In this document: positions 9,323 through 19,037 of the stretch, in pieces | Layout of the letters: each line of letters opens with the position of its first letter | Position numbering within the stretch: the stretch's first letter is position 1 | Position numbers and translations under genes: made by a program | The notes under the pieces: generated by a model | The model's input: only the letters and a program-made list of their open reading frames with translations | What the model was told of the DNA's origin: nothing | Databases searched by the model: none | NCBI GenBank assembly: GCA_965220085.1 | Contig: CBDCOZ010000002.1 | Coordinates: 128,001 to 192,000 of the forward strand | Direction of reading: 5' to 3' | Origin: Candidatus Oxydemutatoraceae bacterium | GTDB lineage: Bacteria; Pseudomonadota; Gammaproteobacteria; Poriferisulfidales; Oxydemutatoraceae | DNA length: 64,000 bases

Positions 9323-9673
9323 TCAATCCGTTGCCCGTTGCCGGACAGAACTTTGGTGTTGTTCCAGGATAGCGGCAAGGTCTTCTTGGAGCATCCGGAC
9401 ATTTCCTTCTCGGTGAAATCGTTCCAGAAGGACGGTAAGGTCATCGTACATTATCCGGATTCTCTCTTCTTGGTCATGCGGAAGCGCCTGAGCATCTTGT
9501 TGCTCCATGGCATCGCGAATGTAGTTGCCAACTCGCCGCCAGTCGCCGGCCAAGGCTTTGGCATCATCTTGAAAAGACGGCAAGTCCTTTTCAGTGAGGC
9601 GGACGGGCGGAGGGCATATCTGAAATACGGATGCCATTCCGCGCAGGTAGTGTTTTATCTTCTCGGTCATCAC
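9323..9673 (-). CDS. Small hypothetical protein, paralog of 10946-11239
   Basis: MTEKIKHYLRGMASVF...DDAKALAGDW.RVG.YIR.AMEQQ shared with the paralog; its tail is a degenerate internal re-duplication. Confidence 0.7.
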   Translation of the reverse strand: MMTEKIKHYLRGMASVFQICPPPVRLTEKDLPSFQDDAKALAGDWRRVGNYIRDAMEQQDAQALPHDQEERIRIMYDDLTVLLERFHREGNVRMLQEDLAAILEQHQSSVRQRATD

Positions 9674-9683
9674 AATTCCTATC

Positions 9684-10244
9684 TCATGCGGAGGGATTAC
9701 GCTTGTCAGGTTCGTTTGGTGTCATCTCCATAGAATGAAGCAACGCATCGCGTAACTTAATTCCAATGACATAAGTTATCTTTTTTGCCTCTAAACCGGC
9801 ATCGTAAGCATAGTCGGTTATCACTTTGTATTCCTCCGGGGCATTTTCTTTCAAGTCTTTCAACAAGTCATTTTTTGCATAAGAAAAGCAGTGCTCTTGT
9901 ATCTCATAACGGTTCATGCCAACCACCCTGTCCTTCAGTTTATCAGCGTAGAGAGTGGCTATGCCGTCGGCCTTTGCTTTCTCAGATATTTCTTTCCCGT
10001 AATCAGTCAGGTTGATAGGGCTGGTTGATTGGGCAACCGACGCTCCAAACTTGGTACTGAGTACGCTCTGCAATCCTTGAACGGTGTTACTCAGGGTTTT
10101 AAGGCCTTTCTCCAATCTGGCAAAGCGAGCCTCCAAAGCATCAAGTCTCGTATTTGTTTTAGTGACAAATCGTGTGGCGCAAACGATGACCACAACCGCC
10201 GCCGCCAGCAGCCCGGAAGTAAGCAGGAAATCAAAAAGCAACAT
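9684..10244 (-). CDS. Hypothetical N-terminally membrane-anchored coiled-coil protein
   Basis: Hydrophobic N-terminus, heptad-like RLDALEARFARLEKGLKTL, SPINLTDYG motif. Confidence 0.65.
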   Translation of the reverse strand: MLLFDFLLTSGLLAAAVVVIVCATRFVTKTNTRLDALEARFARLEKGLKTLSNTVQGLQSVLSTKFGASVAQSTSPINLTDYGKEISEKAKADGIATLYADKLKDRVVGMNRYEIQEHCFSYAKNDLLKDLKENAPEEYKVITDYAYDAGLEAKKITYVIGIKLRDALLHSMEMTPNEPDKRNPSA

Positions 10245-10412
10245 AGGTTAAAGCAAAAATGTATTAACAATCAATGCGCACATTATATACATACAATCAA
10301 TGCGCGCTTGGCATGCATATCATATAAATTACCTATGGTGGCATCTGTATATCCTTTAATAAGCCGCATATGCGGTCTATGCATTCGGTCAAAGAACCTT
10401 GGCAAAGCGCGG

Positions 10413-10519
10413 AACCTTGCCATCGCTACGGTGCGATTGTCAGATACGGCGAGAGCCGTTTTCGCGATGCCCACAGCAACAGCAAGCCCGGAACAGCCAT
10501 CACCGCTGTCAGAACAAAG
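10413..10519 (-). repeat. Copy of ampG 3' end (att-like direct repeat)
   Basis: 107 bp matching 11448-11554. Confidence 0.9.
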
Positions 10520-10542
10520 GGACGCAAGAGACTCGGTCAAAG

Positions 10543-10992
10543 TTAAGAGCTGCTCTTGTGCAGAGCGTAGCCCACAACCACAGACAGGATGGTGCCAAGC
10601 CCAATAGCGGGCCAGCCCTGATCGTAATATAGACCAAAGGCAATCACTCCCAAGGCGGCTAGGATGACAACAAGCCAAATCCATTGCCCTCGTTTTTGTG
10701 CGATGTGAAATTGGTTCATGTCATTCTCCACAAAGTCATTACGCTTCTGTTGCTCTGCTTCGGCCATACGCAAGATGCGCTCGGCTGCGCCAGGCAAGAC
10801 CGCATCATACCGGGCAAAATCTTCGGGTGTGGGTAGGGGGCCGTAATGCGCTTGTATAGAATGTGTTTCTATAACCCTCCCCTGTTCCCGTTCCGGTACA
10901 ATTGTACCCTCTCGTGCGGATTCCGTCGGAAGGGGTGAGGGCGGCTTACTTGATGTCTGTCGCTTGCGCTTGGATGTCTTTTTCTTGGACAT
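10543..10992 (-). CDS. DUF2335 family membrane protein
   Basis: HYGPLPTPEDFARYDAVLPGAAERILRMAEAEQQKR followed by two TM helices. Confidence 0.85.
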   Translation of the reverse strand: MSKKKTSKRKRQTSSKPPSPLPTESAREGTIVPEREQGRVIETHSIQAHYGPLPTPEDFARYDAVLPGAAERILRMAEAEQQKRNDFVENDMNQFHIAQKRGQWIWLVVILAALGVIAFGLYYDQGWPAIGLGTILSVVVGYALHKSSS

Positions 10993-11239
10993 TCTGTTGT
11001 TCCATGGCGCGGCGAATATAACCACCGACCCGCTGCCAGTCGCCGGCTAAGGCTTTGGCATCATCGTGGAAAGAAGGCAAGTTCTTCTCGGTGAAGCGTT
11101 TGGGCGCAGGATATATTTGGAATGCGGATGTCCTCAAGTATGCCTTGCGCCGACCCTTGGAGAACTCAAGTTTGGGCGCAGGGGATATTGGGAATACGGA
11201 TGCCATCCCGCGCAAGTAGTGTTTTATCTTTTCTGTCAT
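10946..11239 (-). CDS. Small hypothetical protein upstream of DUF2335
   Basis: DDAKALAGDWQRVG motif; overlaps the DUF2335 start; duplicated at 9323-9673. Confidence 0.7.
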   Translation of the reverse strand: MTEKIKHYLRGMASVFPISPAPKLEFSKGRRKAYLRTSAFQIYPAPKRFTEKNLPSFHDDAKALAGDWQRVGGYIRRAMEQQNVQEKDIQAQATDIK

Positions 11240-11460
11240 AACAATCTTTAATGTGTTATCAGCATCAAGCGACTTACTATTATAGTACAAAGTTCAGAAT
11301 GCTTGGTTTTGTCTGTTACCAATACATATTACACTGAGGACAAAATTTGTGCAATTCGGGTCATTATGGCTTATTTTCCTTCTAAAGGTGTCCAAACCAA
11401 GCTGTCGAAAACAAGCCGGAACGCTCAAAAATCCGCCACCGATGTAGAACCTTGCCATCG

Positions 11461-12858
11461 CTACGATGCAATCGTCAGATAGGGGGAGAGCCGTTTTCGC
11501 GATGCCCACAGCAACAGCAAGCCCGGAACAGCCATCACCGCTGTCAGGACAAAGAAGATGTCCCAGGCGCCGCCCAGCGCATCGACGACTTGCCCGCTGT
11601 GCGCCGACAGGGTTGTGCGCGAGAGGTTGCCGATCGATGCGAGGAGTGCGTATTGGGTGGCGGTGTAGGCGCGGTCGCACAGTTGCGAGATGAAGGCGAC
11701 GAAGGCGACGGTTGAGATGGCCGAGGTGAATTGGTCGCTGACGACGGCGGCGGCAAACAGGCTGATGTCGGGCCCGACGCGCGCCAGCCATGCGAACATC
11801 AGGTTGGTTGCCGCCATCGCGATGCCGCAGATTATCAGCCCTTTGAGCAAGCCGTAGCGGATGCTAAAGAGACTGCCGAGGATGGAAAAGACGACGATGG
11901 TTCCCCAGCCGAGTAGCTTTGAGTAGGTGGCGATGTCGGCTTCGCTGAAACCGACTTCGCGATAAAACAGCAACGACATGCGGCCAAGAAAAGCCTCGCC
12001 GACTTTGAACAGGACGATGAAGCCGAGCAGCAACAAGGCGGTTTGCATGCCGTTGCGGCGGAAGAATTCGGACAGCGGCAACCAGAACGATGCCCGAATC
12101 CATGCGCCGGCATTGCTGAGCACATTGCCAAGGGCATTGCCAAGCACATGACCGGGCGCATGACCAAGCACAGGGCCGGAAGCGTTGCCGGCTTTGATGC
12201 CAGTTAGCACCGCCGCTCGCTCGCTTGCGGGTTCTTTGGCGAACAGCAGCGCGATGTTGGTCGCCACGATGACAACGGCCATCAGCAGATACGTCATCCC
12301 CCACGGGTTTTCAACGCCGGCTTGTTTGAGCCAGTCCGCCGCATACAGTGCGATGGCGCCGCCCGCGTTATAGCCGGTGTACCAGCCGGCGGTTGCAATC
12401 GCAGCGCCCGCCGCAATCATCGCCGATTCATTCTTTTGCATCAGTTCAATGCGCATCGCATCGATGGCGACATCCTGAGTGGCGGATGCGGCGGCGATAA
12501 TCAAACCGAAGGTTGCAATCACCCACGGATTGACGGGCAACGAATAAAAATACAAGCCGACGGCGGACAGCAGGATGACGGCTTGCAACATCAGAATCCA
12601 CGACCGCCTGCGTCCCAGCGCATCGCCAAGCCACGGGATGCGCAGCGCATCGACGAGCGGCGCCCACAGAAAGTTCAGAGCGTAGACGGTGGCGATGTAG
12701 CCGAACAGACCGATGGCGCTGCGGGTGAAGCCCGCGTCCTTGAGCCACAGCGTTATCATCGCGCCGTGCAGCACCCACGGCAAACCGCTGATGATGCCTA
12801 TCAGCAGCACCTTGGCGAGGCGGCTGTCGGCATAGGCTTTGAGCACGGAGGCGGTCAT
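11461..12858 (-). CDS. ampG: AmpG muropeptide MFS permease
   Basis: GIISGLP, LNFLWAPLVD, GRRRSW, ASATQDVAIDA.RIE, YTATQYALLAS; ATGA overlap with xth. Confidence 0.93.
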   Translation of the reverse strand: MTASVLKAYADSRLAKVLLIGIISGLPWVLHGAMITLWLKDAGFTRSAIGLFGYIATVYALNFLWAPLVDALRIPWLGDALGRRRSWILMLQAVILLSAVGLYFYSLPVNPWVIATFGLIIAAASATQDVAIDAMRIELMQKNESAMIAAGAAIATAGWYTGYNAGGAIALYAADWLKQAGVENPWGMTYLLMAVVIVATNIALLFAKEPASERAAVLTGIKAGNASGPVLGHAPGHVLGNALGNVLSNAGAWIRASFWLPLSEFFRRNGMQTALLLLGFIVLFKVGEAFLGRMSLLFYREVGFSEADIATYSKLLGWGTIVVFSILGSLFSIRYGLLKGLIICGIAMAATNLMFAWLARVGPDISLFAAAVVSDQFTSAISTVAFVAFISQLCDRAYTATQYALLASIGNLSRTTLSAHSGQVVDALGGAWDIFFVLTAVMAVPGLLLLWASRKRLSPYLTIAS

Positions 12859-13652
12859 GTCGCGGATGTCACAGAAATGGCGGGCGGCAGTTTGTAGTCT
12901 ATTATCAGCGGCGCGTGATCGGAGAAGAAGCGCTCCTTGTAGATGCGCGCTTTGTCGGCGCACCCGCGCAAGGCCGGGGATGTCACGTGATAGTCGATGC
13001 GCCAGCCGACATTCTTCGCCCGCGCCTGTCCGCGGTTTGACCACCAGGTGTACTGGTCGGGGCCGGGGCAGACTTCGCGAAAGGCGTCGTTGTAGCCGGC
13101 CTCATCAAACAGCCAGTCCAGCCAGGCGCGCTCCTCGGGCAGAAAGCCGGAATTTTTTCTGTTGCCGCGCCAGTTTTTCAAGTCTGTCTCTTTGTGCGCG
13201 ATGTTCCAGTCGCCGCAGATGATGTAGTGGCGTTTGCGCCGCTTGAGGGCGAGCAGGTGCGATTTGAATTCGTCCAAGAAGCGAAACTTGGCTTGCTGTC
13301 GTTCGTCGCTTGAGGAACCCGACGGCGCGTAGAGCGAGATGACAGAGAGATTTTTGAACTGCGCCTCGATGTAGCGGCCTTCGCTGTCAAACTCGCGGCT
13401 GCCAAAGCCGGCAATCACTTTGCGCGGCTTGTGGCGGCACAGCAGGCCGACGCCGCTGTAACCTTTTTTGAGCGCGCCGTGATAGTGGCAGCGGAACGCT
13501 TTGGGATGAAAGACCGTATCCGACAGTTGCTCGGGCTGGGCTTTGAGCTCCTGAATGCAGACGAAATCCGCCTTCTGTCGCGCAAGCCAGGCGAAGAAGC
13601 CCTTGGCGTTGGCGGAGCGGATGCCGTTGGCGTTGAAACATATTATGCGCAT
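12855..13652 (-). CDS. xth: Exodeoxyribonuclease III
   Basis: NANGIRS, CIQELK, GYSGV, GDWNIAH, GWRIDY, SDHAP. Confidence 0.96.
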   Translation of the reverse strand: MRIICFNANGIRSANAKGFFAWLARQKADFVCIQELKAQPEQLSDTVFHPKAFRCHYHGALKKGYSGVGLLCRHKPRKVIAGFGSREFDSEGRYIEAQFKNLSVISLYAPSGSSSDERQQAKFRFLDEFKSHLLALKRRKRHYIICGDWNIAHKETDLKNWRGNRKNSGFLPEERAWLDWLFDEAGYNDAFREVCPGPDQYTWWSNRGQARAKNVGWRIDYHVTSPALRGCADKARIYKERFFSDHAPLIIDYKLPPAISVTSAT

Positions 13653-13786
13653 AGGCTCATCGTCGGCTTGGCGCGGTTGCGACTGTTTTCCTGTTTGTGG
13701 CGGCGCTTGTTCATGGCTACTTTGGTCGCCGACCTTTCCTTTCGGAATTGAGGCCGGCCTTACATCATAATAGCGCAGAGACTATA

Positions 13787-15865
13787 ATGGCAGAAATTTT
13801 TTCCATAAAAGTGGCTTCAATTTTTAGATTATATGCCAGCACGACATTTTGGGTGTTTATGCTTGCGCTAAGCTCGGCGGCGCTTGCCGATGAGCCGCGG
13901 AACTATTGCCCGGCCGAGCAGTCGGCGCGAAGCGGCGACAGAGAGATGGGGGTGTCCGCCGACAGGGTCGGCGCGCGCGAGAAAGGGATGTCGATGCTGG
14001 AGGGCAATGTGCAACTCAATTTGAGCGCCGCGCTCGTTCGCGCCGACAAGGTGACGTATGACTCGCAGAGCGAGCGCGTCAAAGCCAAGGGCGATGTGCG
14101 TTATACCAACTGCGATCCGAAAGACCCGTGGTGGTTTATTTCCGCCGATGAGGTTTCTTATGACGTTGCGAACAATCAGGGGCGGGTCAAAAATGCGTGG
14201 TTGCATTTTCTCGATGCGCCGGTTTTCTATCTGCCCCGCTATCGGTTCTCCACCAGCGATTCGGTGCGCCGAAGCGGCTTTCTGGCGCCGGAGATAGGCA
14301 ACTCCAGCACGTCGGGGCGCGAGATCAGCGCGCCGTTCTACTTTGACTTGGCGCCGAACAAAGACATCACCTTTGAGCCGCGGTATTACAGCAAACGGGG
14401 GACGCAACTCAATGTTGAGTCGCGCTATTTGTACAAGTTGGATCGCGGCAATTTTGAATTTTCCACGCTGGACGACAGCGAGTTCGATCAGGAGCGACAC
14501 GCCTATAAGTACAACCATGTTTCCGCCGTCGGCGACAAGTTTTCGGCAGAGCTCGACTTGCAGTATGTGTCCGATGACGAGTATCTGGAAGACTTCGGCA
14601 GAGGATTTAATGTGTACGGCGAGTCGTATCTGCGCAGCCACGCCACGATGAACTGGTTCTACCGCGGCTGGAATATGACACTCTCCGGCGAGCGCTTGGC
14701 GCGCTCCAGCGATGACGTATCGCCCGCGCGCCCGTATCAAAAGCGCCCCCGCTTTTCCGTCGGCAGACGGTTTGATCTGGATGACACCGGTCTGAGCGTC
14801 GGCGTGTTGTCGGACACCGCCGAATTCGCGAACAAGAACTCCTTTATTGCGGATGCCGCCGGCATGCAAACCGTTGTCCCCAAAGGCACGCGCTTTCACA
14901 ACGAGGCGGATATGCGGTGGTCGTATCGCCGTCCGGGGTTTCACGTTACGCCGCAAGTCTCTGTGCATCATACGCGCTACAAGCTGCGTCGCACCGACGA
15001 CCACAACCGCACCGTGCCGTCTTTTAGTTTGCGCACCGGGCTGGTATTTGAGAAAGACCACAGCCGCTATCGCCACACCCTTGAGCCCGAACTTTTTTAC
15101 CTCAATGTGCCCTACCGCGCGCAGGATGACTTGCCCGATTTTGATACCTCCGAGAGCGAGTTTCGCTTTGCGCGGTTGTTTGACAGAAACCGCTTTAACG
15201 GTATCGATCGCATCGGGGATGCGGATCAGGCGACCGCCGCCCTCACGTCGCGTCTGCTGCACAAGCGCAGCGGGATTGAAGCGTTGCGCATGAGCCTTGG
15301 CCGCACATTTTATTTTCGCAGCCGGCGGGTGAACTTGCCCGCCGCCGCCGGCGCGCCGCTGTCGGCGGCGCGCGAGAACAAGTCCGACCTCGCCGGCGAG
15401 GTCGCGATTAATCCGAATAGCAAGGTGCGGTTTCTGTCGTCGTTGATCTGGGATAGCGAAGAAAACGAGACCGAGCGGAGTATGCTGATGGCGTCGCTCA
15501 ATGGCGGCGAGGCGTATTCGGCGAATCTGTTTTTCGGACACAAGCGGGATGACTTTGAGCAGGCGGGAATCAGCGCGAACTTTCCGCTCGGCGGCAACTG
15601 GAAACTCTTCGGCGCGGCGTCGTATGATGTGGACAGCAAGAAATCGCTGAACACGCTTGCGGGGATCGAATACAACGATTGCTGTTTTAGCGCCAGAATA
15701 GGGTTCCAGCGGCGTTTGAACGATGTCACCGGCGAGGGCGGAGAAATAAGCGCCGGCGGATTGAGCCATGACAACTTTATCGGTTTGCAATTAAACTTGC
15801 ACGGCGTCGGAAGGGTCGGCGATGATGTGAGCAGTATGATTAAGAACTCCAGCTTTTTGCAGTGA
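13787..15865 (+). CDS. lptD: LPS assembly protein LptD (start uncertain)
   Basis: RRSGFLAP, HTLEPELFYLNVPYRAQ, RFNGIDRIGDA, YNDCC; upstream of surA. Confidence 0.93.
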   Translation: MAEIFSIKVASIFRLYASTTFWVFMLALSSAALADEPRNYCPAEQSARSGDREMGVSADRVGAREKGMSMLEGNVQLNLSAALVRADKVTYDSQSERVKAKGDVRYTNCDPKDPWWFISADEVSYDVANNQGRVKNAWLHFLDAPVFYLPRYRFSTSDSVRRSGFLAPEIGNSSTSGREISAPFYFDLAPNKDITFEPRYYSKRGTQLNVESRYLYKLDRGNFEFSTLDDSEFDQERHAYKYNHVSAVGDKFSAELDLQYVSDDEYLEDFGRGFNVYGESYLRSHATMNWFYRGWNMTLSGERLARSSDDVSPARPYQKRPRFSVGRRFDLDDTGLSVGVLSDTAEFANKNSFIADAAGMQTVVPKGTRFHNEADMRWSYRRPGFHVTPQVSVHHTRYKLRRTDDHNRTVPSFSLRTGLVFEKDHSRYRHTLEPELFYLNVPYRAQDDLPDFDTSESEFRFARLFDRNRFNGIDRIGDADQATAALTSRLLHKRSGIEALRMSLGRTFYFRSRRVNLPAAAGAPLSAARENKSDLAGEVAINPNSKVRFLSSLIWDSEENETERSMLMASLNGGEAYSANLFFGHKRDDFEQAGISANFPLGGNWKLFGAASYDVDSKKSLNTLAGIEYNDCCFSARIGFQRRLNDVTGEGGEISAGGLSHDNFIGLQLNLHGVGRVGDDVSSMIKNSSFLQ

Positions 15866-15875
15866 GCGAGAATTG

Positions 15876-17141
15876 ATGAGAAGACGCATAGTTGAAATTT
15901 TTATCTGTGGCCTGATAATTTTTTCGGGCGCGGGCGTTGCCGCCGAGCGGACGCTCGACCGCATCGTTGCGTTTGCCGCCGACCGCGCGATCACCGAGCG
16001 CGAGTTGCGAGCGGGGGTGTCGCGGTTTGCGAATATGCTCGAGCAGCAGGGCCGGGAAGTTCCCGCTCGGGAAATGCTGGTCGGCGAAGTGCTGCAAAAG
16101 ATGATTATCCGCGCGCTGCAACTGCACGAAGCGGAGCGCTTGGGCATGGTGGCCGATGAGGCGAGCGTGGAGCGGGCGATAGAGAGCATCGCCGAAAAAA
16201 ATAATATGACGCTCGCGGAAATGCGCCGAGCGATGGAGGAGCAGGGCGAGGATTACAAGACCTTTCACAACAAGGTGCGCGAGGATTTGTTGATCAGGCG
16301 GGTGCAACAGCGCGAAGTGGTGGAGCGGATTAATGTGAGCGATGCGGAGATACGCCGCCGCTTGTATGCGTCGGGAGAGGATGTTGCGTTTCGCTATTCG
16401 TACTTGCGCGTCGCCGTCGGGACAGAAAAGAGCGGACGGAGCCCCGAACGGTTGCTTGCGAGCATTAAAAGGCGCGCCGCTGAGGGCGGCGAGTTCCTTG
16501 AGTTGGCGCGCGAAGCGGCGCAAACGGACGGCGCGGAGCTCATCCGTTCGGGGTGGCGCGCGAGCGCGCAGATGCCGGCGGCCATTGCCAAGCGGGTGGT
16601 CGCGATGGAAGTCGGCGCGGTCGCGCCGATTATCAAAACGCCGAAGCATCTGTATCTGCTGCGCCTCGATGCGCGGCGCAAGGAGGGCGAGGCGCCGGTG
16701 ATGCAACGCCAATACCGTGTGCGACATATCTTGATTGCTCCGAATGTGATGGATACCGATGAGATAGTGCGGAAGAAACTGCGCAAGATGAAGCGGCGGA
16801 TTGAGAACGGCGCCGACTTTGCGCGCTATGCAAAGCGCTACTCGCAGGACCCCGGCAGCGGTTTCAAAGGCGGCGATTTGGGCTGGATTGACTTGCGGAA
16901 CATGGTCGCGGAGTTTTCCGAGAAAGTGCGCGCCGCCCGCAAGGGCGAACTCGTCGGCCCCTTCCGCACCCAATACGGATGGCATCTGTTGCGGGTGTCG
17001 GATACGCGCGAACAAGATATGAGCGAGCAACTCGAGCGCGCCGGCGTGATCGCAGAGATTCGTCAGGAAAAGGCGGAAGCGGAAATCAATGCCTGGCTTT
17101 TGCGTTTGCGCGAAAGATATTATGTCGATGTAAGGCTGTAG
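15876..17141 (+). CDS. surA: Periplasmic chaperone SurA
   Basis: Signal peptide, LDRIVA, parvulin motifs YRVRHILI, SQDPGSGFKGGDLGW, GWHLL; synteny. Confidence 0.92.
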   Translation: MRRRIVEIFICGLIIFSGAGVAAERTLDRIVAFAADRAITERELRAGVSRFANMLEQQGREVPAREMLVGEVLQKMIIRALQLHEAERLGMVADEASVERAIESIAEKNNMTLAEMRRAMEEQGEDYKTFHNKVREDLLIRRVQQREVVERINVSDAEIRRRLYASGEDVAFRYSYLRVAVGTEKSGRSPERLLASIKRRAAEGGEFLELAREAAQTDGAELIRSGWRASAQMPAAIAKRVVAMEVGAVAPIIKTPKHLYLLRLDARRKEGEAPVMQRQYRVRHILIAPNVMDTDEIVRKKLRKMKRRIENGADFARYAKRYSQDPGSGFKGGDLGWIDLRNMVAEFSEKVRAARKGELVGPFRTQYGWHLLRVSDTREQDMSEQLERAGVIAEIRQEKAEAEINAWLLRLRERYYVDVRL

Positions 17142-17188
17142 CCGCGTGTCGATCAAAACGGATATCGGATAGGCCGACGGAGGGGCGG

Positions 17189-18181
17189 ATGACAAACGCT
17201 GAGCGCAGACCCGAGACGATAGCGATTACCATCGGCGAGCCCGCCGGTATCGGGCCTGATATCGTCGTCGCCTTGGCGCATATCGCCTTTGATGCGCGGC
17301 TTGTCGTCTTGGGTGATGCGGAGCTTTTGCGCGCCCGTGCGCGCGCGCTGAATATTGCGCTGAAGACGGAGACCTTTGACCGCGATACGGCGGGAGCGCA
17401 CCGAGGCGACGGACATCTTACGGTGTTGCCGCTGCCGGTTGCGGCGCCGGTGCGAGCGGGCGAGATCGATTCGGCGAATGCGCGCTATGTCTTGCAACTG
17501 CTCGATCGCGCGGCGCGCGGTTGTCTGGCGGGCGAGTGGCAGGCGCTGGTAACCGGCCCGATTCACAAGGCGGCGGTGATGCAAGCCGGAATTTCGTTTG
17601 CCGGCCATACCGAGTATCTGGCGCAGTTGTGCGGGGCGCCGACGGTGATGCTGCTTGCGAACGATAAGCTGAAGGTCGCGCTGGCAACGACTCACTTGCC
17701 GCTAAAAGATGTTCCCGGGCGGATTACGCAAGACGGTTTGGAGCGGGTGATGCGCATCGTGCGCCGTGATTTTGTCGAGCGGTTCAAAATTGCAACGCCG
17801 CGCATCGGTGTCTGCGGGCTGAACCCGCACGCCGGCGAAGCGGGGCATCTGGGCGCGGAGGAGCGGGAGATCATTGAACCGCTGATACGCAAATTGCAGC
17901 GCGAACGGTTTGACCTGACCGGGCCGCTGTCGGCGGATACGGCGTTTACCGACGAGAGTATCAAGCGTTACGATGTCATCGTTGCGATGTTTCACGATCA
18001 GGGCTTGCCGGTGATAAAGCGGATGGGATTTGGCGAGACGGTAAACATCACCTTGGGCCTGCCGTTTGTCCGCACCTCGGTGGATCACGGTACCGCATTG
18101 GAGCTCGCCGCAAGCGGCAAGGCTTCTTGTGGCAGTCTTGTCGCGGCGGTACGGCGGGCGATCGCATTGTGCCGGGCGTAA
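17189..18181 (+). CDS. pdxA: 4-hydroxythreonine-4-phosphate dehydrogenase
   Basis: GEPAGIGPD, GHTEYL, GLNPHAGE, HDQGLP, RTSVDHGTA. Confidence 0.96.
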   Translation: MTNAERRPETIAITIGEPAGIGPDIVVALAHIAFDARLVVLGDAELLRARARALNIALKTETFDRDTAGAHRGDGHLTVLPLPVAAPVRAGEIDSANARYVLQLLDRAARGCLAGEWQALVTGPIHKAAVMQAGISFAGHTEYLAQLCGAPTVMLLANDKLKVALATTHLPLKDVPGRITQDGLERVMRIVRRDFVERFKIATPRIGVCGLNPHAGEAGHLGAEEREIIEPLIRKLQRERFDLTGPLSADTAFTDESIKRYDVIVAMFHDQGLPVIKRMGFGETVNITLGLPFVRTSVDHGTALELAASGKASCGSLVAAVRRAIALCRA

Positions 18182-19033
18182 GAGCATGGCGGTACGCAAA
18201 CGCTTCGGCCAACATTTTTTACGCGACCCGCAGATTGTCGGGCGGATCATAGATCTGATCACGCCGCCGCCCGATAACCGCGTGGTTGAGATAGGCCCCG
18301 GGGAAGGCGCGCTGACGCTGCCGTTGCTGCGGCGCGGCGCACGTGTTGATGCGTCGGAGCTCGCCGCAAGCGGCAAGGCTTCTTGTGCCAGTCTTGTCGC
18401 GGCGGTACGGCGGGCGATCGCATTGTGCCGGGCGTAAGAGCATGGCGATACGCAAACGCTTCGGCCAACATTTTCTACGCGACCCGCAGATTGTCGGGCG
18501 GATCATAGATCTGATCACGCCGCCGCCCGATAACCGCGTGGTTGAGATAGGCCCCGGAGAAGGCGCGCTGACGCTGCCGTTGCTACGGCGCGGCGCGCGT
18601 GTTGATGCGTCGGAGCTCGCCGCAAGCGGCAAGGCTTCTTGTGGCAGTCTTGTCGCGGCGGTACGGCGGGCGATCGCATTGTGCCGGGCGTAAGCGCATG
18701 GCGATGCGCAAACGCTTCGGCCAACATTTTCTGCGCGACCCGCAGATTGTCGGGCGGATCATAGATCTGATCACCCCGCTGTCGGCGGATACGGCGTTTA
18801 CCGACGAGAGCATCAAGCGTTACGATGTCATCGTTGCGATGTTTCACGATCAGGGCTTGCCGGTGACAAAGCGGATGGGGTTTGGCGAGACGGTCAATGT
18901 CACCTTGGGCCTGCCGTTTGTTCGCGCCTCGGTGGATCACGGTACCGCATTGGAGCTCGCCGCAAGCGGCAAGGCTTCTTGTGGCAGTCTTGTCGCGGCG
19001 GTACGGCGGGCGATCGCATTGTGCCGGGCGTAA
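18100..19033 (+). repeat. Tandem partial duplications of the pdxA-rsmA junction giving three in-frame RsmA'-'PdxA chimeric ORFs (18186-18437, 18442-18693, 18698-19033)
   Basis: 256-bp period (stops at 18181, 18437, 18693), then a copy of pdxA 17924-18181 at 18776-19033. Confidence 0.92.
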
Positions 19034-19037
19034 GCGC

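Noticed and set aside
6083-11554. Integron cassette array
   Set aside because: The repeats are coding-derived ampG ends, not RYYYAAC...GTTRRRY attC hairpins, and no intI is present.
13868-17195. Long minus-strand ORFs (640 aa and 451 aa)
   Set aside because: Antisense shadows of lptD and surA, expected in GC-rich DNA; no motifs.
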